From the NCBI RefSeq assembly GCF_009914755.1, contig NC_060936.1: a stretch of DNA of 64,000 nt; one strand, 5' to 3'. The DNA is from the human T2T-CHM13v2.0 reference genome, Homo sapiens. Under the pieces are notes generated by a model. That model worked only from the letters and a program-made list of their open reading frames with translations, did no database searches and had not been told where the DNA came from. This document shows, one piece after another, positions 61,140 through 64,000 of this stretch. How positions within the stretch are numbered: position 1 is the stretch's first letter; each line of letters opens with the position of its first letter. The position numbers and the translations under genes are program-made.

Positions 61140-62314
61140 GGGGTTTGGCAGGTAGAAACTCTAGTCTTTCTCTCTGCTAGTTGTCTAATCCCATTCTGTG
61201 AACTTCCCTACACGGAAAGTGGAAGAAATCTTGGGCAGCTTCCATAAACTCTTTTGAATACTCTTAGTGCAAAGTCCTTGTATCTGTTAGTCACAAGAAC
61301 AGTAAGATTTCAGTTCAGTTTAATAATTTAATTGTCACTCAAAGTTAAAGTTTCTCAGCTCCCTGACTTGGGCTGCCTCAGGCTGGAGAGAAGGCAATGG
61401 GAAACAAGGGCCGTGGTCAGTTTCTCCTCTATATCCTTCCCCTGTGCGTCTCTTCTCCTCTGTTCCCCACAACCCACCACACTGTGGCTCTTCCAGGGCT
61501 GGAGCTGGGAAAGACAGAGAGAAACAGCAAGAGGTTTCTTCCTGTCAAGCACTCTTGCGAGCATTGGTGCTCTCTGGCCTCAGAGGATGTTGGAGCTGAC
61601 CCTTCCTATCATGGGTGCTTTTGTGGGATCCACAGAGGTACGCCCACTGGAGTCTTCTCAAAAGCCCCTTGATGTGGGCAATGCCTGTCTTCTGGCTTCT
61701 CATTCCTCTCTGTGGCCCTAGCCATCCACATTCATACCTACTCTACTGAAGTCACAGTTCCCTGTCTTCTGGCTGTCCTCTTGGGCAGGGTCCAAAAATA
61801 GCTCCAGGCTGTTCTGTGTTGGTGAGTCCATGTCTGGTCAATGAGAAACACTCATGCAGTCTTGCCAGCTTTTATGAATGAAAGTGCAGCTTATTCCCAG
61901 CGAAGGTCTGTCTCCCTGTGCTCTGCCATCAGACAGGTGGCTCCAGCCCCAGTCTTTTTACCTCAATATTCTCAGGCACAGAACTGAAGCCCTCACACCC
62001 CATGAGACTTCTGTTTTTCTCTTGAATGCTCCTGCTGAAGCCCTCTTGCTTGACTCAAGGAGAAAGGAAAGTCTCTTCCTCCAGTCCCTCATTGTGGGTA
62101 GAGGGAGAGAAACAAACTACCTATAGTCGATGCTCTTGGAAGAAATCATCCCTCTCCCTGTGACTCTTCAACTCTTTTATGTCCCAGAAATAGATAATGA
62201 TCTCACAAAACAGGTCTTCGAATCCCAGCCCTTGTGGTCTAGCATTTCATGTTGGAATTATGGTAGTACATAGCACCCATATTTTCAGTCTCAAACTTCG
62301 GGGTCTTAGTAGCA
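61140..62314 (-). mobile_element. Ancient LTR (LTR78-like)
   Basis: Minus-strand start 'tgctactaagaccccgaagtttgagactgaaaatatgggtgctatgtactacc' resembles the recalled LTR78; left boundary uncertain. Confidence 0.4.
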
Positions 62315-62319
62315 ATGGA

Positions 62320-62790
62320 GACATAAAAAGAAGATTCCATTTTGACAAATAATGATAAAGCGTTTTGACAAGTGATGGTATAGAGATCGTTTATGCAGAG
62401 AGGGACCTCATTCCTTTCCTGAAAGAATTAGAAAGGATTTCTCAGAAGTGACATATGAACTGCTTTTTAGGCAGAAGGTATGTTCTATGCAAAAGCATAA
62501 AGATATTTACATGGCATGCTCCATGAAGGGTGCAGTATGATGAGAATATAGGGGATGTGTGTGCTGGATAATGGTGGGAGATGAGCCTCAAAGGCCAGAT
62601 TACAGAGGTCTCACATGCCATGCTAAAGAGTTTGGCCTTTACTGAGCACAAAAGGGAGCCACTGAAGGGGTTGGTGCGGGAGAGGTCGGTCCTGTTCAAA
62701 TTACCTGGGAGGCCATGTGCAAGCTGAACTGGAGGGAGCAGAGGCAGGACAGTAGAAGAGTTAGGAAGAGACTGCAATGGAGACATAGGG
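62320..62790 (-). mobile_element. L2 fragment
   Basis: 'ggccagattacagaggtctcacatgccatgctaaagagtttggcctttac...gggagccactgaaggg'. Confidence 0.7.
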
Positions 62791-63377
62791 GCGGAGGTGG
62801 CTCTCAGGACTCCTTCTGGTTTATTTGCATATATTTTGACTTCTAAAGCATTATGCTTATGAAGACAACCACATGTTTTTGCTTAATTTTCTGCTGAGGT
62901 CATATCCTATTTTTAGAAATGTATTCTGTGCAAAAAATATATATGTAACAAGCTTAGTGTAATGGTTTCAAATGCAGGGCTACATAGCTCCAGAGAAATA
63001 GAAAATCTTTGGGGTCTTGTTTCTAATTGTATTCACACTTATCAAAAAGTCACTTGATAATTATTTTATAAGGCAAAAAAAGCAGATAAGTCTGCCACAC
63101 AGCAACAACTTTCCAGACAAACAGAATTCCATGTAAGCATTAACATGTGAATTGCACTCACTCATTCTTTGCTTCCATGTCTTGTTTTTTGACACATTAT
63201 TTGAAAATAATCTTATCCCTGATGCTAGTTGTTTTTCCCAGAAAACTACCATGCACACAGATGTATATTATTTTCATTGAAGTGTGCATCTTACTGTCTC
63301 CTGAAAAACACCCTTAAAAACACTGAGGGAGAATATTGGTTAAACTATGTAAATCTAGCTTAGGCTATCCAATCTAG

Positions 63378-63708
<331 letters not shown>

Positions 63709-63931
63709 AATCTGGTTCTCTTTAAACAATTACTCAATACGTTCCAAAATTTAAGACCAAGGGGCTCATTTCCTCATTACTGTTTCACCCTTTTATTTCT
63801 TTATCTGGCTATATTATCAGCCTTTACCCAACATTATGATAATCTTATGTTTTCAATGGGATTATAAGAGTTTTCTTAATTAAACATGAAGCAAATTCCA
63901 ATCCTCAAATTTCACTAGAAAACACAGAGGC

Positions 63932-64000
63932 TGGCCAGGCTCAGTGACTCATGCCTGTAATCCCAGCACTTTGGGAGGCCAAGGCAGGCAGATCTCTTGA
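63932..64000 (+). mobile_element. Alu 5' portion (runs off the window)
   Basis: 'ggccaggctcagtgactcatgcctgtaatcccagcactttggg'. Confidence 0.9.

Overview
Primate (human-like) non-coding DNA, AT-rich and CpG-depleted, intronic or intergenic. I found no protein-coding exon, RNA gene, CpG island or CRISPR array that I can support, and I cannot place the locus. Much of the window is transposable-element sequence: more than 30 Alu/FLAM/FRAM copies, many with readable target-site duplications (TSDs); L1 fragments of several ages; L2, MIR and CR1/L3 fossils; MaLR and ERVL LTRs (a full-length THE1C, MLT1, MLT2A, and MER21 with primer-binding site and gag remnant); and hAT-type DNA-transposon fossils. 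The longer or protein-like ORFs in the track come from these repeats; the rest look like chance frames. The best observations are structural: (1) an old L1MA insertion whose perfect 19-bp TSD encloses about 290 bp of non-L1 sequence with its own AATAAA, an apparent ancient 3' transduction; (2) a ~150-bp inverted duplication of largely unique DNA with a perfect 16-bp hairpin at its breakpoint; (3) a tandem duplication that doubles an AP-1 site next to an ISRE; (4) a tight HOX13/homeodomain/octamer motif cluster; (5) several nested or fused Alu arrangements. I did not find a novel gene system. Repeat subfamily names come from recalled consensus sequences and need RepeatMasker/Dfam confirmation. 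Boundaries without a TSD are approximate.
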